Under the pieces are notes generated by a model. It ran no database searches. It worked only from the letters and a program-made list of their open reading frames with translations, and was not told the DNA's origin. From positions 32,001 through 96,000 of the forward strand of contig JBBSVN010000004.1 in assembly GCA_038046765.1 (NCBI GenBank): a stretch of 64,000 bases of DNA, in the 5' to 3' direction. This document shows, in pieces, positions 21,820-30,897 of the stretch (positions are counted from its first letter, which is position 1; each line of letters opens with the position of its first letter). This DNA is from Candidatus Micrarchaeota archaeon (GTDB taxonomy: Archaea > Micrarchaeota > Micrarchaeia > Anstonellales > Bilamarchaeaceae). The position numbers and the translations under genes are program-made.

Positions 21820-22585
21820 CTTTTAATTCGCGTATCTTTGCTTCTTGATTATCAGCTTTCCAAAGCGCAGATCCAACAAGTATCCCATTTGCTCCTGCAA
21901 CCTTGACAAACTTTGCATCCGCATAAGATTTGATTCCGCTTTCGCTTATAACAGGTTTATTTATCGTTCCACTAGCAGCAAGTATATCTTTAGTTCGATT
22001 CAGGTCAACTTTTAATGTTTGTAAATCTCGATTATTTATCCCTAGAACATCTGCCTTTGTTTTAGCTGCTCTTTTCATTTCATTTGCATTATAACACTCG
22101 AGCAAAACATCAAGACCGTTCTCATGAGCTAAATCTATAAAACTGTTAACATCCAGATTTAATCTGTCCATAACTTTCATTATTAAAAGAATACAATCTG
22201 CCCCATAATGTTTTGCAGCTTTAATCTGGACTGGGTCAATTACAAAATCCTTAAATAAAACCGGGAGTCCCGTTTCTTTAGCAATAGCTAAATTGTTCAA
22301 ATTTCCCTTGAATATTTTTGGTTCAACCACAACTGAAATCGCATCTGATCCACATTCCTTAAACCGCTTTGCTGTTTTTTCCACATCGATATTTTCAAAG
22401 GAGTATTCCCCAGCCGGTGAAGCATGTTTTATTTCAGAAATTAATATGAAACCACAATCACGTATTTTCTTTAGTAAGCTAACATGTTCAAAACTATTTT
22501 TAGTAATTTTTGCATCGTTTATATCGTAATAACCCGTCCGTACACTTTCTTTTGCGCATTCGATAAATTTATCTAGTATATCCAT
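21809..22585 (-). CDS. trpC: indole-3-glycerol phosphate synthase
   Basis: EIKHASP, KDFVID, GINNRDL, ISESGI; no C-terminal TrpF domain. Confidence 0.93.
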   Translation of the reverse strand: MDILDKFIECAKESVRTGYYDINDAKITKNSFEHVSLLKKIRDCGFILISEIKHASPAGEYSFENIDVEKTAKRFKECGSDAISVVVEPKIFKGNLNNLAIAKETGLPVLFKDFVIDPVQIKAAKHYGADCILLIMKVMDRLNLDVNSFIDLAHENGLDVLLECYNANEMKRAAKTKADVLGINNRDLQTLKVDLNRTKDILAASGTINKPVISESGIKSYADAKFVKVAGANGILVGSALWKADNQEAKIRELKGVL

Positions 22586-23562
22586 TAGTATCGCCTCAAC
22601 ATTTCTAATTTTTCAAGTGATTTGCCTGAATCAATTGATTTTTCTGCAAGAGTTACCCCATATCTTATACTACCTGCGATTCCACTAACGTAAATTGCAG
22701 CACCTGCATTAAGAAGAACGATTTCACGAGCTGGTCCTTCTTTGCAATTTAACACTTCTAGAATTATGTTTGCACTTTCTTTTCGATCATTTGCACATAT
22801 TTTATCTAAACTTGAACGCTTAAACCCAAAATCTTCTGGCGAAATGGAATATAAATTAATTTTATAATTAGAGATTTCGCTTATGTTCGTATCCGCACTT
22901 ATACTGATTTCGTCAGTATCACTAGAAACAATCAAGGTTTTTTCTGTACCAATTTCACGAACGGATTTTGATAATTTCTCCAGAAGCGAAGCATCGTAAA
23001 CTCCAATGACCTGTCTTTTAGCATTTGCTGGGTTAGTTAATGGGCCAAGGACATTGAAAATAGTCTTAAAACCAAGCTCGCGTCTAGCTTCTGCAACGTT
23101 TTTCATTGCAGGATGATAAATGCGTGCAAAAAGGAACCCGATTCCGATCTCTTCGATTTGTTTTTCTACAGCTTTAGGTTCCAAATCAATCTTTACTCCA
23201 AGAGCTTCTAAGACATCAGAACTTCCGCATTTACTAGAAGCGGATCTATTACCATGTTTTGCAATGTTTACCCCTGCTCCTGCTGCAACAATTGCACTAG
23301 CTGTTGAAATGTTGAATGTATGATTGCCATCGCCTCCAGTTCCAGCAGTATCAACTAAATTTTTAACTTTTGAAGAAATCTTAACCATTTTTTCTTTCAT
23401 TAAATTTGCAAATGCAGCAATTTCTTCGCAAGTAACATTTTCGATTTTTAATTCTGTAAGAAAGGTTGCAATCTGAGAAGGATTATATCGATTTTCAAGA
23501 ATTTCTCTGAAGATTCTTATTTCTTCTTGTAATTGCAACTTGTCAACCATCTTTAGCACCAT
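22585..23562 (-). CDS. trpD: anthranilate phosphoribosyltransferase
   Basis: DTAGTGGDG, FNIST, KHGNRSASSKCGSSD, GPLTNP. Confidence 0.95.
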   Translation of the reverse strand: MVLKMVDKLQLQEEIRIFREILENRYNPSQIATFLTELKIENVTCEEIAAFANLMKEKMVKISSKVKNLVDTAGTGGDGNHTFNISTASAIVAAGAGVNIAKHGNRSASSKCGSSDVLEALGVKIDLEPKAVEKQIEEIGIGFLFARIYHPAMKNVAEARRELGFKTIFNVLGPLTNPANAKRQVIGVYDASLLEKLSKSVREIGTEKTLIVSSDTDEISISADTNISEISNYKINLYSISPEDFGFKRSSLDKICANDRKESANIILEVLNCKEGPAREIVLLNAGAAIYVSGIAGSIRYGVTLAEKSIDSGKSLEKLEMLRRY

Positions 23563-24145
23563 CTAAAAAGTTCTTAAGTATTTGTTTTCCTTCTTCGCTC
23601 ATTATAGATTCTGGATGAAATTGAATTCCAAATATTGGAAATTGTTTATGTCTTAGTGCCATTATTACATTGTCATCTGTACTTCTTGCAATAATTTCTA
23701 AACAACTAGGTAATGAAAATTCATCAGCAATTAATGAGTGATAGCGCATAATACTTAGAGGATTTTTTATATTCTTGAAAAGCCCATTTCCATTGTGGTT
23801 TATCTGACTAGTCTTTCCGTGCATTGGTTTTTGTGCTTTTATTACCCTGCCACCAAATGCGTTAGCTATGCCCTGATGCCCTAAACAAATACCTAAAACG
23901 GGAATAGACTTTCCAAGTTCTAGAATAACTTCCTTGCATTTACCAAAATCACGTTCATTTTCAGGATTGCCTGGCCCTGGTGAAATGACAATTTTAGAAT
24001 AATTCTTTTTCTTGATTTCTTCCAAATTAATTTGATTATTTCTGATTATATCTACCTTGCAACCTAATTCTCCTAGGTATTGATATAGGTTATATACGAA
24101 TGAATCAAAATTATCAATTAACAGAACGTTCATATTTTTCTTCAC
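23543..24145 (-). CDS. trpG: anthranilate synthase component II (glutamine amidotransferase)
   Basis: IDNFDSFVYNL, SPGPG, GICLGHQ, RYHSL, QFHPES. Confidence 0.95.
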   Translation of the reverse strand: MKKNMNVLLIDNFDSFVYNLYQYLGELGCKVDIIRNNQINLEEIKKKNYSKIVISPGPGNPENERDFGKCKEVILELGKSIPVLGICLGHQGIANAFGGRVIKAQKPMHGKTSQINHNGNGLFKNIKNPLSIMRYHSLIADEFSLPSCLEIIARSTDDNVIMALRHKQFPIFGIQFHPESIMSEEGKQILKNFLDGAKDG

Positions 24146-25463
24146 CTATGGCTAAGAGTAATGGTTTTGCTTTTTGCTCGGTTTCTTCATACTCTTTTTG
24201 AGGAACGCTATCATAAACTATTCCCGCTCCCGATTGTATATATGCTTTATTTTTGTTTGAAAATAAAGTACGAATTCCTATTGCAAAATCCGCATTGTCA
24301 TTTGAAGAGAAGTACCCAACTGCCCCGGAGTATGGGCCGCGATTAGTTTTTTCTAATTCTTTTATAATTTCAATTGCACGTATTTTTGGAGCACCGGAAA
24401 CAGTTCCAGCAGGAAATATCGCTTCAAAAACATCTCCAGAATTTTTTCCTTCTTTTAGTTTGCCTTTTACAATTGAAGAGATGTGCTGGACATGCGAATA
24501 CTTACTAACTTTCATAAATTCTGGAACCGATACCGAACCGATTGCTGCGACTTTGCCAATGTCATTTCTTGTTAAATCAACAAGCATAAGATGTTCTGCT
24601 CTTTCTTTTGGATCATTAAGAAGTTCTGTTTCAAGTCGTTTATCTTCTTCAACAGTTTCCCCCCGTTTTCTTGTTCCAGCTAAAGTAGCATAGCTCGTAA
24701 TTTCTTGCCCTTCTAATCGAACTAGGTTTTCAGGACTAGAGCCAATAATTTGCCTCTCATCAAATTTCAGATAAAACATGTAGGGTGAGGGATTTATTGC
24801 CCTTAATTTTTTATAAAAAGAAATTAAGTTCCCAGAGTATTTTACTTCATATCGCTTTGAGAGTACAGATTGGAAAATGTCTCCGTTTCTTATGTGATCT
24901 TGTGCAATTTCTACATTTTCACAAAATTGTTCTTTAGTCAAATTACATTTTTTATTATACATTTCTAAAGGAGATGTGGAAAAAGAAGAATCTTTAACAG
25001 AATTTAGAATTTCATTTACTCGGTTTTCTTTTTGATAGACATATCTTAGAGTATTATTTAGATGATCGTAGATAATTACATCTTCATATATTCCGAATTC
25101 AAAATCAGGAAACCTCAGATCATTTTGAGTTTGTGCAGTAAACTTTTCTATATAATTTACATATTCAAAAGAGAAATAACCTACTGCTCCTCCAAAAAAT
25201 CCCTTTTCTTCTAGAGATGTTCTTGGAATGCATGATTTTAGGTCTTTTATCGGACTAATTGTATCTAGTTCTTGCCCATCGACCGTGATTACTCCACGAT
25301 TTAACTTTACTGTTTTTGTTGGAGAAAATCCTAAGAATGAGAATCTTGCCCTTTTTTGGTCTCCTTCGCTACTTTCAAGTAAGAAAGATGCACAAAAATG
25401 TTCATTTAGTATTGAGTATAAATCAGTTGGACTAACGTGCAAATCTAGATCTACTTTATGCAA
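24114..25463 (-). CDS. trpE: anthranilate synthase component I; true start possibly TTG 25497 via +1 frameshift
   Basis: FLLES, NPSPYM, GSSPE, AEHLMLVDL, PAGTVSGAPK, GAGIV. Confidence 0.93.
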   Translation of the reverse strand: MHKVDLDLHVSPTDLYSILNEHFCASFLLESSEGDQKRARFSFLGFSPTKTVKLNRGVITVDGQELDTISPIKDLKSCIPRTSLEEKGFFGGAVGYFSFEYVNYIEKFTAQTQNDLRFPDFEFGIYEDVIIYDHLNNTLRYVYQKENRVNEILNSVKDSSFSTSPLEMYNKKCNLTKEQFCENVEIAQDHIRNGDIFQSVLSKRYEVKYSGNLISFYKKLRAINPSPYMFYLKFDERQIIGSSPENLVRLEGQEITSYATLAGTRKRGETVEEDKRLETELLNDPKERAEHLMLVDLTRNDIGKVAAIGSVSVPEFMKVSKYSHVQHISSIVKGKLKEGKNSGDVFEAIFPAGTVSGAPKIRAIEIIKELEKTNRGPYSGAVGYFSSNDNADFAIGIRTLFSNKNKAYIQSGAGIVYDSVPQKEYEETEQKAKPLLLAIGEEKYERSVN

Positions 25464-25497
25464 GCCAAAGTAAATCCCTTTTTCCTGTATTCTGCAA
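25456..25497 (-). promoter_or_regulatory. trpE leader ORF MQNTGKGDLLWLA* containing a candidate Trp-sensing +1 frameshift site
   Basis: GAGGTG-N6-TTG CAG AAT ACA GGA AAA GGG GAT TTA CTT TGG CTT GCA TAA; +1 frame TTT GGC TTG CAT is the trpE frame. Confidence 0.6.
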
Positions 25498-25565
25498 ATC
25501 TAGCACCTCAATAAAATTATTTTGATTAATAATCGAATTGCTGTCTAGCATATATTTAAACATTT

Positions 25566-26084
25566 GTGTACAAAAATATACATATGCTCGATATTCTTGA
25601 AAAATTCTTTGAAAATGCACGAGGAAGGAAACTTGTTGCTATTGAATTTTTACGTTTAGGATTAAAGGTAGATGGAACAGGTAAGATATATGTTGGTGAA
25701 ATAGAAATAGCTCCCACTAAGATTGGTAGAGCACTTGGAGTTGACCGGAGAGTAGTAATAGAAACAGCAAAAGAAATAGCGAATGATGAGAAACTACTAC
25801 AAATATTTTACAAACTTGAATCAAGGTCATTTATTGCGAATGCAGCAAAAGAATTTGGTTTTGATGTGGTTGAACTTAGAGCTAATCCAAAAGCAAAAGG
25901 AATTGTAGCAGAAGTTACTAAGATTTTAGCTGATTGCGGAATTGTTATTCGTCAAATTATAACTGATGATCCAGAATTATTTCCTGATCCTGTTTTGACA
26001 ATCATAATTAATGGAAAACTTAATGCAAAAGTAGTAAAAAAACTGAAGGAATTAAGTTTTATGGAGTCATTGAAGATCAGATAA
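25566..26084 (+). CDS. archaeal amino-acid metabolism regulator with ACT domain (COG2150-like)
   Basis: IGRALGVDRRVV HTH-like segment; GIVAEVT...IRQIITDDPEL; divergent from trpE. Confidence 0.8.
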   Translation: MYKNIHMLDILEKFFENARGRKLVAIEFLRLGLKVDGTGKIYVGEIEIAPTKIGRALGVDRRVVIETAKEIANDEKLLQIFYKLESRSFIANAAKEFGFDVVELRANPKAKGIVAEVTKILADCGIVIRQIITDDPELFPDPVLTIIINGKLNAKVVKKLKELSFMESLKIR

Positions 26085-26101
26085 AAACGCAAACTAAAAA
26101 T

Positions 26102-27139
26102 TTAGTCTAATTTATAGCATCCTCTGAATTCATGCGAAAGAAAATCAAGGCAAACACTTATCAATTTACCTTCCAAAACTTCCTGCAAAGATAATACCTG
26201 TAAAGCATTACTAACTATGGTTTCAATGTGGTGGCGAACAAGTATTTCTTTATTTATTGTTTGAGAACCGTTCCATCGCGCTGTAAGAATTTCTTTTAGT
26301 TTATCAACATCCAACTTAAGTAAATTTTCTAGATTATGAACTATAGATAATCCAAGGATATCAGGTAACAAAATACCTTGCATATGTAAACTAACCATAA
26401 AGTTAGGTTGATAAGAACCTAATTCAATAAAACTTCCACTGTGAAATGAAGATGCAACATCTTCAAGCAATATTGCGCCACTAAGATTTAATAAAAATTC
26501 TGGATCAGGATGAGACAGACTAACAGGTCGTTTCCATGCTAATTGATCAGAAAGCACATCCATGCTGCCATTAATTAAATTTCTATTAGGATAATGGTAC
26601 ACGCTACTTTGATAACCTATAAGAAAGCGTAAATGAGGCAAACCATCAAGAACATCTGCTTGTTCAACAATGATTAAACCAGCTAGTGCACGATTAGAAT
26701 AAGTTAAACATAAATCATTATCACCAATGATTTTCATACCTTTATGGTCGGAAAATAAAAAGTGGAAATCATCTGATTCAATTCGATAGTGTAAAGCTAA
26801 AAACGGAGAAATCCGCCTTGTGATTGAATTTATTCGATATTCATAAGAGAATAATTCTTTAAATTCTTTAGCAAGTGCTTGAGGTGCTTCCCCTCTGAAT
26901 TCGGCAGATTTTTCTGCATCGGCAAAGGGTTTAAGAACACGCGTTCTTCTAGAAGATTCATTAATTGCAATTTTTCTAAAAGCAGATATTCTTTGAGCTA
27001 ATGGTAGTGCATAAAAAGCCTTGGCTTCTTGTATTTTTTGAAGACCTTTGTCCCGTCGATAATCATAAGCAGTTTTCGTAGCATTTTTCATAGTATTTAT
27101 TATAGGTAGAAGTGTATATAAATATATCCTTTTTACCAC
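26102..27139 (-). CDS. hypothetical protein
   Basis: 345-aa ORF, no motif recognised. Confidence 0.6.
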   Translation of the reverse strand: MVKRIYLYTLLPIINTMKNATKTAYDYRRDKGLQKIQEAKAFYALPLAQRISAFRKIAINESSRRTRVLKPFADAEKSAEFRGEAPQALAKEFKELFSYEYRINSITRRISPFLALHYRIESDDFHFLFSDHKGMKIIGDNDLCLTYSNRALAGLIIVEQADVLDGLPHLRFLIGYQSSVYHYPNRNLINGSMDVLSDQLAWKRPVSLSHPDPEFLLNLSGAILLEDVASSFHSGSFIELGSYQPNFMVSLHMQGILLPDILGLSIVHNLENLLKLDVDKLKEILTARWNGSQTINKEILVRHHIETIVSNALQVLSLQEVLEGKLISVCLDFLSHEFRGCYKLD

Positions 27140-27148
27140 AATATCAAA

Positions 27149-29200
27149 TTAACCAACTTCTCCTTCCTTCACTTTTTCTGTTCTAATTTCTTGGTTTCCA
27201 GCCACGAGTTTCTTACCTTGCGCAAAAACAAAATTATCTTTTACCGTAATAGATACTTTGAAAAAATCGTCAATTGTAATCGAAGGTTTTGGCGTTTGTT
27301 TTGTTCCTTCCAAAGTAACTTTAGTCCCAACTTCTGCTTCTGTAAAAACTACTTCGACAGATGATTTATCCTCTGCAGCTAACACCATTCCTTGACTTTC
27401 AACGCCCCTTAAAAGCGCACTTGGAATATTTCGAAGTATCAAAACTTTCTTGTTAAGCAGTTGCTCCGGAGTATAATACTTAGCAATCCCTGAAACAATC
27501 TGAACAATTTTATCTGCGCCAAGTTGTACTTTTTCCACATAGAGTTTATCTGCGTTAGGATGTTTTTCAACGCTTAGTATTTGACCTACTTCTATGTCAA
27601 GATCTGAGAAATGGATAGATATGATAGGCGCAACTGTTTTGTTTAGATCCGCTTTAGCAACCAACTCCAATTTCTTAAAAATAACTTTCGGTTCGCCAAT
27701 CTTATGACCTTTTTCAACAGATAATTTACCTAGACTCTTTATTCCCTGCTCTGGCAAACTAAGTTGTACGAATATTTCTTTAGAAGAATCAGGAACAAAT
27801 GACGAAAATAAAATAGCCATATCTTTAACTTGATTAACTAGAACGTGAAGTACAGTATCTGCCCTTGCTTTATTAGTTTTAACTAACTCCCAAGGTTTAT
27901 TGTCCTGGAAATATTTATTTGCGTTTTTAGAAGCGGACATTGCAACAGATACGCCATCTTTAAGTTTAAACTGATCCATCGAACTAGTGAACTTTTCGTA
28001 AAAGCCCTGTTGTTCTTCTAAGAATTTTTTATCAGCTTCGCTAATTTCGCCTTGAGGAACAATTCCATTAAAATTATTTTTAAGGAAGACCAAAGTACGA
28101 TTTACAAGATTACCCAAGTTAGCGAGTAGTTCACTATTGTTCTTTTCAATTAGTACTTTTTCTGAAAAATCCCCGTCTTCAAAAGTTGAAACTTCGCTAA
28201 GTAATGTGTAACGAATCGTATCAAGACTATATTTCTCAATCAACTTAAATGGATCGACAATATTTCCTAGGCTTTTACTCATTTTCTGCCCTTCAACAGT
28301 TATATAACCATGGACAAAAAGTGTTTTTGGTATTTCTAAACCTGCTGAAAGTAAAATCGCTGGCCAATAAACCGCATGAAAACGAATGATACCTTTACCA
28401 ATTACATGAACATCTGCTGGCCAGTATTTATTGAATTTTTCTTCGTCTTTACTGTATCCAATTCCTGTAATATATGTGCCAAGGGCATCGAACCACACAT
28501 ACATAATCTGATTACTATCGCCAGGAACTTCTACCCCCCAACCCTTAGCTCGTTTAACAGAACGAGAGATACTAAAGTCTTTAAGCCCTCCACGAATAAA
28601 TGATAAAACTTCATTCTTTCGCGTTTCGGGTAAGATTTTAAGTTCGTCCGATTCAACAAGTTTTTCAAGTTTTTCCTGGTATTTTGAAAGCTTAAAAAAG
28701 TAATTTTCTTCTTCGATTGTTTCGAGTTTTGTTCGATGTTCGGGGCAAACTCCTTCAGGCAAATCATCTAATTCATAGAAGGCTTCACAGCCCACGCAGT
28801 ATAAACCAGAGTATGTTTTTTTGTAGATATCGCCGTTTTTATCACATAGTTTCCAGAGTTTTTGAACCCCAGTAAAATGAGGCTCTTTTATCGAAGTTCT
28901 AAGAAAGGAATTGAATGATAATTTAGTTTTTTCTGCCATTTTTCTAAAAAGTTCTGCATTCTCCAAACAAAGCTGCGCTGTTGTAATACCCTTAGCTTCT
29001 GCAGCTTGGACATTTTTTAAGCTGTTCTCATCTGCACCAGTTACTAGAAAAACATCATTTCCAATTAGTTTCTGATAACGCGCAATCGCATCTGTTTGTA
29101 TAAATTCTAATGCATGACCTAAATGAGGCGCAGCATTAACGTATGGAATTGCTGTTGTAATGTAAAATTTTTTCATAGGAACCACTTTCAAAAAATACAC
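27149..29200 (-). CDS. metG: methionyl-tRNA synthetase with C-terminal tRNA-binding domain
   Basis: FYITTAIPYVN, HLGH, YVWFDAL, KMSKS, HPNADKLY, LRGVESQGM. Confidence 0.96.
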   Translation of the reverse strand: MYFLKVVPMKKFYITTAIPYVNAAPHLGHALEFIQTDAIARYQKLIGNDVFLVTGADENSLKNVQAAEAKGITTAQLCLENAELFRKMAEKTKLSFNSFLRTSIKEPHFTGVQKLWKLCDKNGDIYKKTYSGLYCVGCEAFYELDDLPEGVCPEHRTKLETIEEENYFFKLSKYQEKLEKLVESDELKILPETRKNEVLSFIRGGLKDFSISRSVKRAKGWGVEVPGDSNQIMYVWFDALGTYITGIGYSKDEEKFNKYWPADVHVIGKGIIRFHAVYWPAILLSAGLEIPKTLFVHGYITVEGQKMSKSLGNIVDPFKLIEKYSLDTIRYTLLSEVSTFEDGDFSEKVLIEKNNSELLANLGNLVNRTLVFLKNNFNGIVPQGEISEADKKFLEEQQGFYEKFTSSMDQFKLKDGVSVAMSASKNANKYFQDNKPWELVKTNKARADTVLHVLVNQVKDMAILFSSFVPDSSKEIFVQLSLPEQGIKSLGKLSVEKGHKIGEPKVIFKKLELVAKADLNKTVAPIISIHFSDLDIEVGQILSVEKHPNADKLYVEKVQLGADKIVQIVSGIAKYYTPEQLLNKKVLILRNIPSALLRGVESQGMVLAAEDKSSVEVVFTEAEVGTKVTLEGTKQTPKPSITIDDFFKVSITVKDNFVFAQGKKLVAGNQEIRTEKVKEGEVG

Positions 29201-29797
29201 TTAATTTCGTATCATTTTTATTAAATCACTTTTAGTAATTATTCCACTTATATTGCCATCTTTTTTTATAAGTACCGCACCATAGTGGTGAAGCAAATTT
29301 GCAACAACTTCAACCTCGCTAGTTTCGGGTACAATTGGAAAACTTTCTTTCATTACTTCTGCAACTTTTTTTATTGCGACATTATCCTTTCTTTCCGCAA
29401 AATCTACAAACAAATCCTCGCTTAGACTTCCAATGATATTTTGTCCATATTTTACAGGTACTTGAGATATTGCCTTGGTTCGCATGATTTTAATTACTTT
29501 TTCAACTAGATCAGAGGAAGTCACAAATATTACATTTTTAGTTGCGATGTCTTTTGCTAATTTTCTTTTTTGGTCTTTGTTGATCTGATTATCCAAAGCC
29601 TCAAAAATTGCCTTTACTTTAGAATATGCGGGGTCGATATGACCTGATTCTAGTTTTGCGATTAGAGATTGACTTACCCCCGCTAGCTTTGATAATTCTG
29701 TTTGCGTAAGGTTAAGTTTTTTTCTTATTTCTTGAATTTTTTCAATGTCTTGAATGGTGATCACCTGTTTTAGCATTGAGCAGTGAGCTATGAGCAT
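29201..29797 (-). CDS. XRE-HTH + CBS-pair transcriptional regulator; real start probably near 29764-29755
   Basis: LTQTELSKLAGVSQSLIAKLESG; CBS motifs SQVPV and GIITKSDL; first ~11 codons of the ORF call lie in a repeat element. Confidence 0.88.
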   Translation of the reverse strand: MLIAHCSMLKQVITIQDIEKIQEIRKKLNLTQTELSKLAGVSQSLIAKLESGHIDPAYSKVKAIFEALDNQINKDQKRKLAKDIATKNVIFVTSSDLVEKVIKIMRTKAISQVPVKYGQNIIGSLSEDLFVDFAERKDNVAIKKVAEVMKESFPIVPETSEVEVVANLLHHYGAVLIKKDGNISGIITKSDLIKMIRN

Positions 29798-29971
29798 TGC
29801 CCAGTAAAGAGTAAACGCCTTTACTAGCTCCGATTAAACGCCAACAGTTCAATGAACCATAAAACGTTGCGACGTTTTATCGGTCGTCAAGTGCAAGCAC
29901 TTGCCGATGCAGTGAGCCCAAACGTACGAATTCGTAGCTCCTTGCCCAAGGCCCAAAACTCATGGCTGAAA
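29768..29971. repeat. hairpin-rich element, copy 1, bounded by inverted GCnnTGA heptamer arrays
   Basis: 28-nt TCGTCAAGTGCAAGCACTTGCCGATGCA (29884-29911) is the exact reverse complement of 43840-43867; shares CCAGTAAAGAG-N5-GCCTTTACTAGCTC with copy 2. Confidence 0.85.
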
Positions 29972-30033
29972 TATTCTTAAAAGAATATTTATTTCAATAA
30001 TATATTTAAATAAGAATATTTTTAAGTATTGCT

Positions 30034-30897
30034 ATGGCAGCACAAACTAGAAGGATTGGAGTACTTACCGATTTTGGAAAAGATGAAGCACCGTATTTGT
30101 TAAGGTCAGCTATAAGAAGAACTAATAGAGATGCATTAATTGAAGATATTACACACGCAATACCTAAGTTCAATATTCTTTGTGGAGCCTGGAGACTTAG
30201 AAGAGTGGTTAGCGATCATACGCAAGAGCAAGGTTCAATCTATGTTGCAGTAGTTGACCCGGGAGTGGGTGGAAGAAGAAAGAATATAATCGTAGAGACA
30301 AAAACAGGCAAACTTTTAGTTGGACCAGATAATGGCTTACTCTCTCTTGCGTTTTTAGAAGAAGGTGTAGAAAGAGCAATTGAAATAAGAAATAATGAAT
30401 TTACTTTTGTTCGTCAGGCGGCATCAAAAACATTTGCTGGTAGAGATGTGTTCGCTCCTGTAGCTGGTTTTTTGGCAAACGGAATTCGAATACAAGATTT
30501 TGGACCAGAACTAAAAGAAGATGAATTAACAAAAATAAAACTAAGTTGCGAATTCGCAGATAATAAAAGAAGCGGATGCCTGGTTGATATTGATGATTTT
30601 GGAACACTAAGAACGAATATGCCAAATCATTTAGCACATGAACAATTAGAAAGACCTGTCCAACTTAAGTTTTCCGATAGTGTTAGTCAAAATGTGTTTT
30701 ATGAAACTCGGGTTCGCTTAGTTCTTGCATTCTCTGAACTACCAATTGGAGAATTGGGCATTTTACTCTCTTCTACGGGTTGTCTGGATATCGCAGTAAA
30801 TCAGGGTAGTGCAGTAGAAAAACTAGGAATTGGTTTTGATAGAGTTGGACTAGATACTGGTCTAGTTCCGATAACTAGCGTTGGATTAAGTTTTTAA
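30034..30897 (+). CDS. SAM hydroxide adenosyltransferase (DUF62, chlorinase/fluorinase family)
   Basis: LTDFG, DITH, VVDPGVG, GPDNGLL, TFAGRDVFAP, IDDFG, IAVNQG. Confidence 0.92.
   Translation: MAAQTRRIGVLTDFGKDEAPYLLRSAIRRTNRDALIEDITHAIPKFNILCGAWRLRRVVSDHTQEQGSIYVAVVDPGVGGRRKNIIVETKTGKLLVGPDNGLLSLAFLEEGVERAIEIRNNEFTFVRQAASKTFAGRDVFAPVAGFLANGIRIQDFGPELKEDELTKIKLSCEFADNKRSGCLVDIDDFGTLRTNMPNHLAHEQLERPVQLKFSDSVSQNVFYETRVRLVLAFSELPIGELGILLSSTGCLDIAVNQGSAVEKLGIGFDRVGLDTGLVPITSVGLSF

Noticed and set aside
29768..29971. Hairpin repeats as a CRISPR array
   Set aside because: Copies are dispersed 14-18 kb apart with no repeat-spacer periodicity and no cas genes
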